Shown here piece after piece: positions 39,486-53,697 of a stretch of 64,000 nt of DNA. Source of the DNA: Octopus vulgaris (lineage: Eukaryota); assembly GCA_951406725.2 (NCBI GenBank), contig OX597824.1, positions 22,940,001-23,004,000 of the forward strand, in the 5' to 3' direction. Positions within the stretch are counted from its first letter, which is position 1, and every line of letters begins with the position of its first letter. The notes beneath the pieces were generated by a model. That model did no database searches. It saw only the letters and a program-made list of their open reading frames with translations, and was not told where the DNA came from. The translations under genes and the position numbers were made by a program.

Positions 39486-39900
39486 GGCGGCGAGCTGGCA
39501 GAAACGTTAGCGCGCCGGGCGAAATGCGTAGCCGTATTTCGTCTGCCGTTACGTTCTGAGTTCAAATTCCGCCGAGGTCGACTTTGCCTTTCATCATTTC
39601 GGGGTCGATAAATTAAGTACCATTTACGCACTGGGGTCGATGTAATCGACTTAATCCGTTTGTCGGTCCTTGTTTGTCCCCTCTGTGTTTAGCCCCTTGT
39701 GGGTAGTAAAGAAATAGGTATTTTGTCTGCCGTTACGTTCCGAGTTCAAATTCCGCTGAGATCGACTTTGCCTTTCATCCTTTCGGGGTCGATAAATTAA
39801 GTACCAGTTACGCACTGAGGTCGATGTAATCGACTTAATCCGTTTGTCGGTCCTTGTTTGTCCCCTCTGTGTTTAGCTCCTTGTGGGTAGTAAAGAAATA
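39486..39900 (+). mobile_element. SINE-B dimer with 16 bp TSD
   Basis: TSD tatattaattcatata at 39470-39485 and 39901-39916. Confidence 0.92.
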
Positions 39901-40053
39901 TATATTAATTCATATACTTGTTTTCTTGTGATTTGCCTTGCATTTACATTATCTCCCTTTCTTTCCACTTATTTTCCCCTATTCATTCGCCATGCAGGAG
40001 CGCTGAAATCTACAAGTTTTTTTCATTCTCCCTCTGCTTATTTTCCCGCATTC

Positions 40054-40089
40054 CTTTCTGTTGAAGAGCGTTGGCTCGAAACGTAAAAG
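40054..40089 (+). ncRNA. Minimal hammerhead-like motif (core CUGUUGA) in a PLE-like fragment
   Basis: cttt-CTGTTGA-a-GAGC-gttg-GCTC-GAAA-CG-TA-aaag. Confidence 0.5.
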
Positions 40090-40225
40090 ACGTTTTTCAT
40101 TTTCCTGAGCGTCGAACTAATACACAAGCTTATTGTTCATACACCTGTCTTCATCTTTTGTTTTTCAATAAACTTCAACTGTACACACACGCGCGTATAC
40201 ATAAATAAATAAATCAATCAATATA

Positions 40226-40437
40226 TACTCTTTTACTATCTTACATGTTTCAGTCATTTGACTGCGGCCATGCTGGAGCACCGCCTTTAGTCGAGCAACT
40301 CGACCCCGGGACTTATTCTTTGTAAGCCCAGTACTTATTCTACGGTGTCTTTTGCTGAACCGCTAAGTGACGGGGACGTAAACACACCAGCATTGGTTGT
40401 CAAGCAATGCTAGGGGGATAAACACAGACACACAAAC

Positions 40438-40524
<87 letters not shown>

Positions 40525-40680
40525 GGCTTCTTTCAGTTTTCGTCTACCAAATCCACTCACAAGGCATTGGTCGGCCCGGTGCTATAGCAGAAAACACTTG
40601 CCCAAGATGCCACGCAGTGGGACTGAACCCGGAACCATGTGGTTGGTAAGCAAGCTACTTATCACACAGCCACTCCTGCG

Positions 40681-40683
<3 letters not shown>
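40226..40683 (-). mobile_element. SINE-A full length
   Basis: Family match with TA flanks. Confidence 0.9.
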
Positions 40684-40736
<53 letters not shown>

Positions 40737-40884
40737 TTTTCATTTTTTTTCATTTTCATCTAGTTTCAGCTCACGAGCTGTGGCCATGCTGGGGCACATA
40801 TATAAGCATACACACACATATATATATATATTTATAAAAACACTCTCGCGCGCTCACACATACACACACATATATCTGTTATTC

Positions 40885-40999
40885 TTAAGCAAGAATGTTG
40901 TTGACAGTGACATCGAAGTTTCGGCCACGTAAGCCATCGTGTGACGAAGACTTAGGTGGCCGAAACTCCAAGGTCACTGTCAACAACATTCTTGTTTAA
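40885..40999. repeat. ~115 bp fold-back inverted repeat
   Basis: caagaatgttgttgacagtgac..gtttcggccac / gtggccgaaac..gtcactgtcaacaacattcttg. Confidence 0.9.
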
Positions 41000-41097
41000 T
41001 CTGTAATTGTTTAATTTTTTAATCTACTAAAGCATAGACATCAGATTAATGTCAAATCGTTTTTCCTATGAGTGAACATAAAAAAACAAACATCAAC

Positions 41098-41164
<67 letters not shown>

Positions 41165-41381
41165 CAAAGCCACAAATACCGTGCTGATTTCAATAAATGC
41201 GTATATAAAATCATAAAATCCGACACTGTCTGTTTACTAAGTGTATTAATTGACAAACACATTGATTAATCTAGTACATCAGAACTACACCATGTGAAGA
41301 TTTTTACACCAGAAACAATTTGTTTATATTTTCCGTAGGAATATTTATTTTTGCAGTTCCAGTAACTGAGAGCTGCGGTAA

Positions 41382-41443
41382 TCGGCCTTGATAAAGTGGT
41401 TACAAAAGAAAATTAAGAAAAAGACGAAAGACGTGTCGGTCGA
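41382..41443 (+). ncRNA. Type I hammerhead-like motif, U3-A8 variant; related copy at 37698-37744
   Basis: tcggcc-TTGATAA-a-gt...ac-GAAA-gacgtg-TC-ggtcga, with a 6 bp helix I. Confidence 0.5.
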
Positions 41444-41652
41444 AGCCGTCGGTTTTAGTTCTCTAAAGTTTATTTTTACAGCGACATGCACTACATGATA
41501 TGTAAACATACTATATATTATTTTGTATACACACACACGCGCACGATAAAGCCAAACGTTTGCATCTATGTATATATTACGCAAGCATATAATATATAAG
41601 CACTTGTGTGAATATATGCATATGTTTATATACGTACATAAGTATACATACA

Positions 41653-42054
41653 TACTCTTTACTCTTTTACTCTTTTTTACTCTTTTACTTGTTTCAGTCA
41701 TTTGACTGCGGCCATGCTGGAGCACCGCCTTTAGTTGAGCAACTCGATCCCGGGACTTATTCTTTGTAAGCCCAGTACTTATTCTATCGGTCTCTTTTTG
41801 CCGAACCGCTAAGTGACGGGGACGTAAACACACCAGCATCGGTTGTCAAGCAATGCTAGGGGGACAAACACAAACACACACACACATACATATACGACAG
41901 GCTTCTTTCAGTTTCTGTCTACCAAATCCACTCACAAGGCATTGGTCGGCCCGGGGCTATAGCAGAAGACAGTTGCCCAAGATGCCACGCAGTGGGACTG
42001 AACCCGGAACCATGTGGTTGGTTAGCAAGCTACTTACCACACAGCCACTCCTGC
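41653..42054 (-). mobile_element. SINE-A full length
   Basis: Family match. Confidence 0.9.
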
Positions 42055-42091
42055 ATACATATATACATATATACATACATATATGTGTTTT

Positions 42092-42399
42092 TTATTATTT
42101 ATGCGCCATTTCCAAGCCTAGCCAGGCTCATGGGCCCGGTTTTCCGGTTTCTATGGCGTATGTATTCCCCCCAGCTGGACGGGATGCCAGTCCATCGCAG
42201 CGTTGCCCAAGAAAGAGGAAGAAAGAGTGAGAGAAAGTTGGGGTAAAAGAGTACAACAGGGGTAGCCAGCACCACCTGCCGGAGGCTCTTGGAGCCTTAG
42301 GTGTTTTCACTCAATAAACACACACAACGCTCGGTCTGGGAATCGAAACCGCGATCCTCCGACCGCGAGTCCGCTGCCCTAACCACTGGGCCATTACGC

Positions 42400-42400
<1 letters not shown>
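42092..42400 (-). mobile_element. SINE-C head with tail 3 (V-domain-like)
   Basis: Minus-strand ctgcgatggactggcatcccgtccag follows the SINE-C left arm. Confidence 0.75.
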
Positions 42401-42440
<40 letters not shown>

Positions 42441-42442
<2 letters not shown>

Positions 42443-42627
42443 CTCTTTTGCTTGTTTCAGTCATCTGACTGCGCCCATGTTGGAGCTCCGCATTTAGATG
42501 AACAAATCGACTCAAGGACTTATTCTTTGTAACCCTAATGCTTATTCTATCGGTTTCATTTGCCGAACCGCTAATTGACGGGGACGGTAGACAAACGAAG
42601 GTGGGGGGGACAAAAGCAGACACACTA

Positions 42628-42684
<57 letters not shown>

Positions 42685-42825
42685 CACGACGGGCTTCTTT
42701 CAGTTTCCGTTCACGAAATCCACTCACAAGGTTATGGTCAGCCCGACATTTACAGAAGGTGTCACGCAGTGGGACTGAACTCGGAATCATATGGTTGGGA
42801 AGCAAGCTTCTTACTACACAACCAC
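42441..42825 (-). mobile_element. Diverged SINE-A
   Basis: Family match. Confidence 0.75.
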
Positions 42826-42830
42826 TTATA

Positions 42831-42885
<55 letters not shown>

Positions 42886-42922
42886 GTGTTTATATATATA
42901 TATATGTATATATCTATGTGTT

Positions 42923-43034
<112 letters not shown>

Positions 43035-43479
43035 ATATATATATATATATATGTAGATATATATATGTATATATATATGTATATATATATACATATATAT
43101 ACATATATATATACATACATATAAACAAACACACACACACACACACACACACAACACATATATATGTTTATGTGTGATTATGTTATGTCATTTTCCATAG
43201 AATCTCCTTAAGAACTGATTGGAAAAGGCCAGACAAATTGATTGCTAAGGTCAGACAGTGATTAACATTTCTGCCGTCTGCCGTGTAGTGTATGTGTGCT
43301 AGTAATCTTGCTGTTGTATGTGTGGCTGTGGTTTAGGCTATGGTACTAATAGTGATGTATCTGCTGCAGTGCTATAAATGATGGTACTTGGCGTTGTATG
43401 CTTGGTTGTATTTCAGGTGTCGTATGTGAAGTAGTAGAGTTGGTGTTGGTATTAGTGGTGTTACTACAGTTGTGGTTTA

Positions 43480-44361
43480 GAGCGGCGAGCTGGCAGACAC
43501 GTTAGCACGCCGGGCGAAATGCTTAACGGTGTTTCGTCTGCCGTTACGTTCGGAGTTCAAATTCCGCCGAGGTCGACTCTGCCTTTCATCCTTTCGCGGT
43601 CGATAAATTAAGTACCAGTTACGCACTGGGATCGATGTAATCGACTTAATCTGTTTGTCTGTCCTTGTTTGTCTCCTCTGTGTTTAGCCCCTTGTGGGTA
43701 GTAAAGAAATAGGTATTTCGTCTGCCGTTACGTTCTGAGTTCAAATTCCGTCGAGGTCGACTTTGCCTTTCAGCCTTTCGGAGTCGATTAAATACGTACC
43801 AGTTAAACACTAGGGATCGATTTCATCAACTTAATCCCTTTGTCTGTCCTTGTTTATCCCCTCTATATTTGGCCTCCTGTGAGCAATAAAGAAATAAAAA
43901 TAGTTGTGGTTTAGGGCGGCGAGCTGGCAGACACGTTAGCACGCCGGGCGAAATGCTTAACGGTGTTTCGTCTGCCGTTACGTTCGGAGTTCAAATTCCG
44001 CCGAGGTCGACTCTGCCTTTCAGCCTTTCGGGGTCGATTAAATAAATACCAGTTACGCACTGGGTCGATATAATCGACTTAATCCGTTTGTCTGTCCTTG
44101 TTTGTCCTCTCTATGTTTAGCCCCCTACTCTCTTTACTCTTTTACTCGTTTCAGTCATTTGACTGCGGCCATGCTGGAGCACCGTCTTTTAGACAACCAA
44201 ATCGACCCCAGGACTTATTCCTTGTACTTATTCTATCGTTCTATTTTGCTGAACCGCTAAGTTACGGGGACGTAAACACACCAGCATCGGTTGTCAATCG
44301 ATGCTGGGGTGGGGGAACAAACACATACATACATACATACATACATACATACATACATACA

Positions 44362-44439
<78 letters not shown>

Positions 44440-44603
44440 TACGACGGGCTTCTTTCAGTTTCCGTCTACCAAATCCACTAACAAAGCTATAGTAGAAGAC
44501 ACTTGCCCAAGGTGCCACGCAGTGGGACACTGAACCCAGAACAATGTGGTTGGTAAGCAAGCTACTTACCACACAGCCACTCCTGTGGACAATAAAGAAA
44601 TAT
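43480..44603 (+). mobile_element. SINE-B dimer plus an adjacent monomer; the monomer is interrupted by SINE-A (44126-44585, -)
   Basis: agttgtggttt occurs at 43468, 43902 and 44604. The monomer tail resumes after SINE-A as tgtggacaataaagaaata. Confidence 0.85.
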
Positions 44604-45224
44604 AGTTGTGGTTTTGATGGTGGTACATGTGGTGATGTGTGTGTTGTGGTGGTGCAAGTGATGCAGCATGTCGTAATATTTGCGACGGTATTTGATGTGT
44701 TGTATGGAAGAATTGTGATGCTGGTGTTAGTAACTGTTGTTGGATATGTGTGTGTATGTGTGTGTTTGCATGATTGTGTGTGTGTGTGTGCATGTAGATG
44801 CTTGTGTTTGTGAGTGTGCGTGTATGTGAGCATGTTTGCCTGAGTACTTTCGTGCGTGTGTGTGCGCATGCGTGCAGAAGTGTGTATACATAACTGGGGC
44901 ATCGGCTGGAGTGCTTACTGTGGATTCTGTTCGATTCTTTGAATCCAATATTATATCTGACATATATACGTAATATCCAATACAAAAATATATACGTATA
45001 CATACATACAGACAGACACAAACAAACATGCACACACACATACATATATGCAATCTTGTAGGTGTATGCATTAATAGAATGATCCAGGTATGCGTTGCTT
45101 GAGGAGCACGGATGCAAACAGAACCCATCACATTTGATCCTTTGGAAGCTTAGACTGGTGTTTCTAGTAGGATCGGACGCGGCAACGGTTTGGTAAAGCG
45201 TGATTTACTTCAGAATGTGGCATA

Positions 45225-45410
45225 AAAAATATAAATGTTCCTTCTCGAGCCATGCCAGGCTCATAAGGGCCGGTATCCCGGTTTCAGTGGCGTAGAAATT
45301 CCCCACCTGGATGGGACGCCGGTCCGTCGCAGGATTGCTCATTTTTGCCATCTGAGAGAACTGGAGCAACGTGAAATGAAGAGTTTTGCTCAAGAACACA
45401 ACGCATCGCC
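45225..45410 (-). mobile_element. SINE-E fragment; related pieces at ~20960-21136 and ~26375-26597
   Basis: Matches 62643-62898. Confidence 0.7.
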
Positions 45411-45697
45411 CAAATCATCTTTGCAATTTCGGTTGATTATACTCGAGATTACTCCAATCTGACCATCCCCAAGGGATAAAAAATAAGCTAAGAGCACTAG
45501 ATTCCTGGAAGAAAGCAGCGAATGTATACGAAAACAAGGACGGAAAAAAACCCGGAGAAATGAAATGGTACACAAATACAAATGCAAATAACAGGACATA
45601 ACAACAGGTGTATTTCGACTAAGGACGAATTAAATTAATCTGGCGTGTGGAAGTGAAAACTAATGGCAGGGACATAAGAGATGACAGGCATGAGGAG

Positions 45698-45754
<57 letters not shown>

Positions 45755-45932
45755 AGTAGTTGAATGAATTATCTTATTAAGGATAATTCGAAAGATAACC
45801 GATACCTGGGTAGCAAATTCACATCAGAAAGAACACGGTTGAAGCTACGTCCCTAGGGCATAGACTACGTGTCTTCGTGCGGAAACTCCATTCTTTCATA
45901 TACTTATATATATATATATATATATATATGCA

Positions 45933-46641
45933 ATAGCTGTATTACCTGGTAATACCCGGATAAACGCGTGTTATTTCCAGTTCCCGTTTCAGTTACACTG
46001 TCTCATGTTCTATCCCGTTCCCTGTTCATTTCCCGTTTAAGATAAATGGATAGATTTACAAATACATTGACAAATAGTCCGCGTATTGTAACTGGCGTTG
46101 TCGCGTGTCCTAGCTTATCGTAGCATGGCTGTATCTCGCGTGCCGTGATAAAAATGATTAAGATGTTATGGCGATTTGGGTTTAAACCATCAAATTAATC
46201 CCATGGTGAAACAATTTCCAGGTCATTGGTCATTACATTGTTCCTTTTCGTATCCACGAATCCTGAATTTTGACCGTGTCCTTAATGTGACCTTAGCGTG
46301 ACGAATGGGCGCTGCATGCAGAATTCCTTTCCTTTTGGAAAGCTGCGTTGTTTTCACAAAGCTCGCGCGCTGTTTGCATAAAGGAGTGCATGGTTGAGCC
46401 TTACAGAAGCCTTACTAAATTCATATCAGTAGATGTGTTATTGATTTGTAAACATTTATCACAACAGCTACCACGGGATCCATATGAATTTTTATTGAAA
46501 TTCAATTCGCCTATAATTCAACTAGATGTTAGTTTAACATGTATGCAAAGTTTCGTCGGGATTGGTACGCTGTTACAGGCAGTAAGATAGTAACACACAA
46601 ACGGATAGACAGTTTAGACAGACCGACAAGAATTGACATTT

Positions 46642-46650
<9 letters not shown>
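45933..46650 (-). mobile_element. Non-autonomous Helitron-like element
   Basis: The minus strand starts TA-rich with tataaatgtc..(gtct)n and ends in a subterminal hairpin (gtattacc-a-ggtaatac) plus cagctat, a CTAG-like end. Confidence 0.55.
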
Positions 46651-46737
<87 letters not shown>

Positions 46738-47094
46738 AACTAACTTGAAAAAAAGGATGCGTGGCGTTCGATCATATAATAACATACATAATATATAAAT
46801 ATATGCATATATAATACATATATGTACATACCTACATCTATAAACATACCTTCGAAAAGCGGAGTAGACGAAACAGAGACAACTGAAGAAGGGGAATATT
46901 CCTTGTGTTGTATGTCTTGTACTCTGTTTTTTTCGTTCTTTGAAAAAATGTTAGTTTCCATGTTTTTGTTTTTAGGTTTTATGTTTTCGTTTCTCATTGT
47001 GTTCAACGTTTTTTTTTTATGTCCTGTACCCATATATGCATGTATATATACATATGGATGTAGGTATGTACATATATGTATGTATATATGCATA

Positions 47095-47244
<150 letters not shown>

Positions 47245-47261
47245 AAGTATGGGTATGTATA

Positions 47262-47506
47262 GGGTAAAGACCCCTTTCGGTCATGAATGACCATAGGATT
47301 GTTCCTAGACAGTTACACACCGAGGTACAAGTTCAGGCAATGTTGTTTATGGAAGACCAGCAATCGCCCATGCCACCGATGTTATCCAAAGGAAAGGCAA
47401 AGCCCGATCCAATTTGGTGGCTCAGTGGTTGGAGCGCCGGGCTCACAGTTATGGGATAGTGATTCCTGGACCGGGCTGTGTTGCGACGTCACTGGTGCTA
47501 AGCTAT
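47262..47506 (-). mobile_element. SINE-F copy with inverted 5' segment
   Basis: 3' part on minus at 47262-47408; tRNA-like head on plus at 47416-47506. Confidence 0.7.
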
Positions 47507-47543
47507 ATATATATATATGCATGTGTGTGCAATATATATATGC

Positions 47544-47593
<50 letters not shown>

Positions 47594-47657
47594 TGTTAAT
47601 ATATATGTATATGTATTCATATGTATATATATATATATGTATATATATGTATGTATG

Positions 47658-47708
<51 letters not shown>

Positions 47709-48235
47709 ACTATGCATATATATGTATATGTATATGTGTATTTATATGTATATATATGTTTGTATATATATGCATATATGTATATAAATATGTATACTTA
47801 TGTATATATAAATGTGTACATGTATATTTATATATGTATATATTTTTGTGTGTGTGTATGTAAATTAATGCGTGTGTATGTATATATGTGTTTGTATACT
47901 GTTGTGTTTTTTTTGTATGTACATAATGTTTATATTTACACTTAACCTATTTGAGAGTGTGTACACGTGTGTACATATGAATATAAATACGTTACACTTT
48001 ATAGTACTGTCTATTTCGCAGCTAACATGTCTGCTTGATGAATTTTGTTATTTATATCCTTCCCGGTGAGATTGATGCATTGCTGACCATTATTTATCTT
48101 GTCGGACATTTTTTGGAGTGCATCCGTCGAAATATATATAGAAACTTCAAGACAGTGATGGCTTAGCAATATCCCAAGTTCGTCTCCTTATTTAATTTTC
48201 CTATAAATATGTGTATGTATGTATATATGTTGTTA

Positions 48236-48619
48236 GTGGAGGCGCAATGGCCCAGTGGTTAGGGCAGCGGACTCGCGGTCATAGGATCGCGGTTTCGATT
48301 CCCAGACCGGGCGTGTTGTGAGTGTCATTGAGCGAAAACACCCAGCTCCACGAGGCTCCGGCAGGAGATGGTGGTGATCCTCGCTGTACTCTTTCACCAC
48401 AACTTTCTCTCACTCTTACTTCCTGTTTCTGTTGTACCTGTATTTCAAAGGCCGCCTTGTACTCTCTGTGTCACGCTGAATATCCCCGAGAACTATGTTA
48501 AGGTACACGTGTCTGTGGAGTGCTTCCAGCCACTTACACGTTAATTTCACGAGCAGGCTGTTCCGTTGATTCGGATCAACCTGAACCCTCATCGTCGTAA
48601 CCGACGGAGTGCTTCCACC
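48236..48619 (+). mobile_element. SINE-C full length (tRNA-like head) with 13 bp TSD
   Basis: A box tggcccagtgg and B box gtttcgattcc. TSD atatatgttgtta at 48223-48235 and 48620-48632. Confidence 0.9.
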
Positions 48620-48919
48620 ATATATGTTGTTATGTCTTGTTATTATTTTTTATTGTATTTATATTTGTGTAACGTTGTCCGTTTTTTTCCGTCCTTGTTT
48701 TTGTTTATATTCGCTTTCTTCCAAGGAATCTAATGCTCTTAGCTTAGTTTTTTCCTTGGGGATGGCCAGATTGGAGTATCTCAAGAATAATCAATATCCG
48801 AAATTGCGAGGATAATCTGGTGTTTGACTAAAGAAAGAAAAAACTTCGAACGACCCGTCCTTGTTTTCTTTGTATCGTCTAACCGGATGTTTTACGTTCT
48901 TGTCCCATTTTGTATTTTA

Positions 48920-49409
<490 letters not shown>

Positions 49410-49831
49410 TTAAGGATACACGTGTCTGTGGAGTGCTCAGCCACTTACACGTTAATTTCACGAGCAGGCTGTTCCGTTGATTCGGATCAACCTGAACCCT
49501 CATCGTCGTAACCGACGGAGTGCTTCCACCATATATGTTGTTATGTCTTGTTATTATTTTTTATTGTATTTATATTTGTGTAACGTTGTCCGTTTTTTTC
49601 CGTCCTTGTTTTTGTTTACATTCGCTTTCTTCCAAGGAATCTAATGCTCTTAGCTTAGTTTTTTCCTTGGGGATGGCCAGATTGGAGTAATCTCAAGAAT
49701 AATCAATATCCGAAATTGCGAGGATAATCTGGTGCTTGACAAAGAAAGAAAACTTCGAACGACCCGTCCTTGTTTTCTTTGTATCGTCTAACTGGATGTT
49801 TTACGTTCTTGTCCCATTTTGTATTTTATAC

Positions 49832-49973
<142 letters not shown>

Positions 49974-50315
49974 CTATGTATGCATGTATGCATTTATATA
50001 TATGTATATAGAATTTTGATAAAAATGGAGAAGAGATGTTAAAATGTATAAGAGAGTTGAATTAAAATTCTCTTATATATTTTAACATTTCTTCTCTATT
50101 TTTAACGAAATTGTTGAGTTTTATAGGATTTCCTTCCATAAATTCACAATACATCATATACAAGTATTATTATCATATTCGCAAATTTACGCCTGTAAAT
50201 TACTAGCAAAATATGAAGAATCAATATTAAAAACCTTTTTTGGAAACCCACAAATTAAAGGACGTATCTAATTCAGCCCTTTTACACATACATACATACC
50301 TTACATACATACCTT

Positions 50316-50393
<78 letters not shown>

Positions 50394-50688
50394 ACATGTA
50401 TATATGTGTATGTATATATATGTGTATATATGTATATGTATATGTATATATATACGTATATATATGCATGTATATATATGCATGTATATATATATATATA
50501 TATGTATAAATATATATATATGTATAAATATATATATATATATATATAAATATAAATATATATATATGTATAAATATATATATATATATGTATACATATA
50601 TAGATATATATGTATATCGATATAAGTATATATCTATGTATATATATATATATATATGTATATCTATATGTATATATGTATACATAAG

Positions 50689-50745
<57 letters not shown>

Positions 50746-50817
50746 GTATATATGTATGTATATATGTATATATGTATGTATTTATGTATGTATATATGTA
50801 TATACATATTCATATAT

Positions 50818-51379
50818 AGGAATGCTTTGCAATATTTTGAGCGCAATAATATGGTGGTTATTGAATGGCCTCCGCAGAGCCAGGATTTGAATGCAATAGA
50901 AAATTTATGGAATTATGTTTCTAAAAGAATTCATGCCAAAAAAATCCCAACAAATTTGTCCCAATTATATAATTTATATTGAAGAAATGTCAGAACTTTC
51001 CAAGTGATTTTTGTGCTCATCTGACGAGCTCCATGTTCCACCGTTGTAAGGCCGTAATTGAAAATAATGGCTATGGAACTACACACAAGTAATAGATTTT
51101 CGTTCGTTGATCTATTGTGCCGTAAATTTTCAATTTAAACAAAATGATGTCAGTAACGGTCTTAAATTTATTTTGCCGACAATTTTTAATTATTTGAATT
51201 AACTGCACATTAAAATTATTCAAATTGTAGAAAGATATATAACGGCTATATTATTCGAGAAAGAAAAAAAATTCTACATAAACTGTAAAAAGCAAAGTAA
51301 TTTTATACAGTTTTGTTAAAAATAAATTAATGAAGGAATAGAACTGTCATAATCGGTCTTAAACTTATTTTGGCCAGTG
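50818..51379 (+). mobile_element. Tc1 (DD34E-type) 3' remnant with IR/DR-type end
   Basis: [16 protein letters not shown]. Direct repeats cggtcttaaa.ttatttt at 51157 and 51354. Terminal cagtg followed by TA. Confidence 0.8.
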
Positions 51380-51388
51380 TATGTATGA

Positions 51389-51472
<84 letters not shown>

Positions 51473-51599
51473 ATACATACATACATACATACATGCACAT
51501 ATATATATATATATATATATATCTGTATATATATATATGTATATATATGTATATATATATACATATATGTATATATATATATGTATGTATATATGTATG

Positions 51600-51643
<44 letters not shown>

Positions 51644-51645
51644 TG

Positions 51646-51678
<33 letters not shown>

Positions 51679-51693
51679 GTACATGCTTATATG

Positions 51694-51741
<48 letters not shown>

Positions 51742-52663
51742 TGTCTTTATATATATGTCTTCATACATACATGCATATATATACATATATGCATGCAGAG
51801 AGAGAGAGATGCAGATGCACATATATAGACATAATTATACAAGCCTGTATATACGCATATATATAAACATACACACACGCACACACAAACACACACACAC
51901 ACATATATAGTGTATACATATGTATGTGCTTTTCTGCGCATGCACGTGTATAAGTTTGTGCTAAGTATACACAGGTTTACAAATAAACATGGCAGTTACT
52001 GGAGAGCGAAGGAAGAGTTAGCGGTGAGTTGGTAAGAGATCTGAAAGAAGTACAGTTTCAAAACAGAAGAAGAAAGAAAAATAAGAATTTATATAAAATG
52101 GCAAAACGTTATCTCTAATAATATAAGACTTTGTAAGATTTCGTAGGTGAGGCTTTATTTATGTATCTATTTATTTATTGTTAATTCTCATTTATTTATT
52201 TTTAGAAAAAAAGTTAATTAATGAAACGGCTGAAGAGTTTCTGATTTTTTTTTTCTTTTTTAATACTGAATGATTAGAAGTTTGTGTTTTAACAAAATTA
52301 AAAGTTTGTTCTTATCTAGAATCCGTTGGACACATAATCTATTTACTGAAATGTTCGATGTTTCTTCGGAGAATTATTTCAAATAAAATAACATAAAATA
52401 AAAATATAAAAATTTCAGAATAAAACGGAATGAAAACAAGGACAAATAAAAGAAAAGAAAAATATGTCAATAAATAAATAAGACGAGACTAAATAAAATA
52501 AACCGATGTGAAATGAATTTTTATTTTATTTCAAAATGGCGAAAATCTTCATTATACTTGTCGGTAATGATACGCTGTTATGGTCTTTAATTTATTTCAG
52601 CCACAAGACAGCAGCGTAAATGACTGGCCATACTAGAGCATCATTTTATCGAAAATTTTCCAT

Positions 52664-52995
52664 TACTCTTTTACTCTTTTACTTGTTTCAGTCATTTGAC
52701 TGCGGCCATGCTGGAGCACCGCCTTTAGTCGAGCAAATCGACCCCAGGACTTATTCTTTGGAAGCCTAGTACTTATTCTATCGGGGACGTAAACACACCA
52801 GCATCGGTTGTCAAGCAATGTTGGTGGGGAGGACAAACACAGACACAAACACACATACATACATATACATATACATATACATATATACGACGGGCTTCTT
52901 TCAGTTTCCGTCTACCAAATCCACTCACAAGGCTTTGGTCGGCTCGAGGCTATAGTAGAAGGCACTTGCCCAAAGTGCCATGCAGTGGGACTGAA
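52664..52995 (-). mobile_element. SINE-A, head-truncated with internal deletion
   Basis: Family match. Confidence 0.85.
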
Positions 52996-53316
52996 TGACG
53001 GTGATTACAGAAATGACAACAGTAGCAGCAGCAGCAACAACAACAACAACAACCACAACAAAAAGACTATGATTACAATAACTATAAAAATTAAAACGAC
53101 CACTATAACACAGTAACCAAGTAAAACAATTAGGTTCCTTGATTATAATGGCTTTAAATTGTAGTCCCACCTTGGTCAAAACTTGTTGAAACAGCGAAGG
53201 GACGGGGGTTTACCTAATTGCTGACTTGTTACTGTGTTGTAGTGGTTATTTCAGTTTTTATAGTTATTGTTATTGTAACCATATTCTTTGTTGTTGTGCT
53301 TGTTGTTGTTGCTGCT

Positions 53317-53697
53317 TTGTTTGTTTGTTTGTTGAGCGAAGCGGTCTTCGTACCTGTAGTGGGAGAAGTCCGAAACGTGGTCCTTTGCTATTCGTAAGAC
53401 CCGCAGAAGAGAAAGCAGGTCAAACCCCGACACCGAGAGCATCGACGGATGGATGAATGCGCATCCAGGCTCAGCGGTTGCGTAGGAAGTCGGGGACAAG
53501 AAACAGGAAGAAAGAGTGAGAGTAAGTTGGAGCGAAAGAGTATAACAGGGGTCGCCACCCCCCACCCCCCTGCCAGAGCCTTGTGGAGCTTTAGGTGTTT
53601 TCGCTCAATAAACACACAACGCCCGGTCTGGGAATCGAAACCGCGATCCTCCGACCGCGAGTCCGCCGCCCTAACCATTGGGCCATTGCACCTCCAC
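53317..53697 (-). mobile_element. SINE-C head with tail 4 ending (aaac)n
   Basis: Head and left arm match 48236; the 3' ~170 bp are unrelated. Confidence 0.8.

Noticed and set aside
48236-48315. tRNA genes at SINE heads
   Set aside because: A and B boxes are present, but the heads run into SINE bodies with TSDs and lack a clean cloverleaf.
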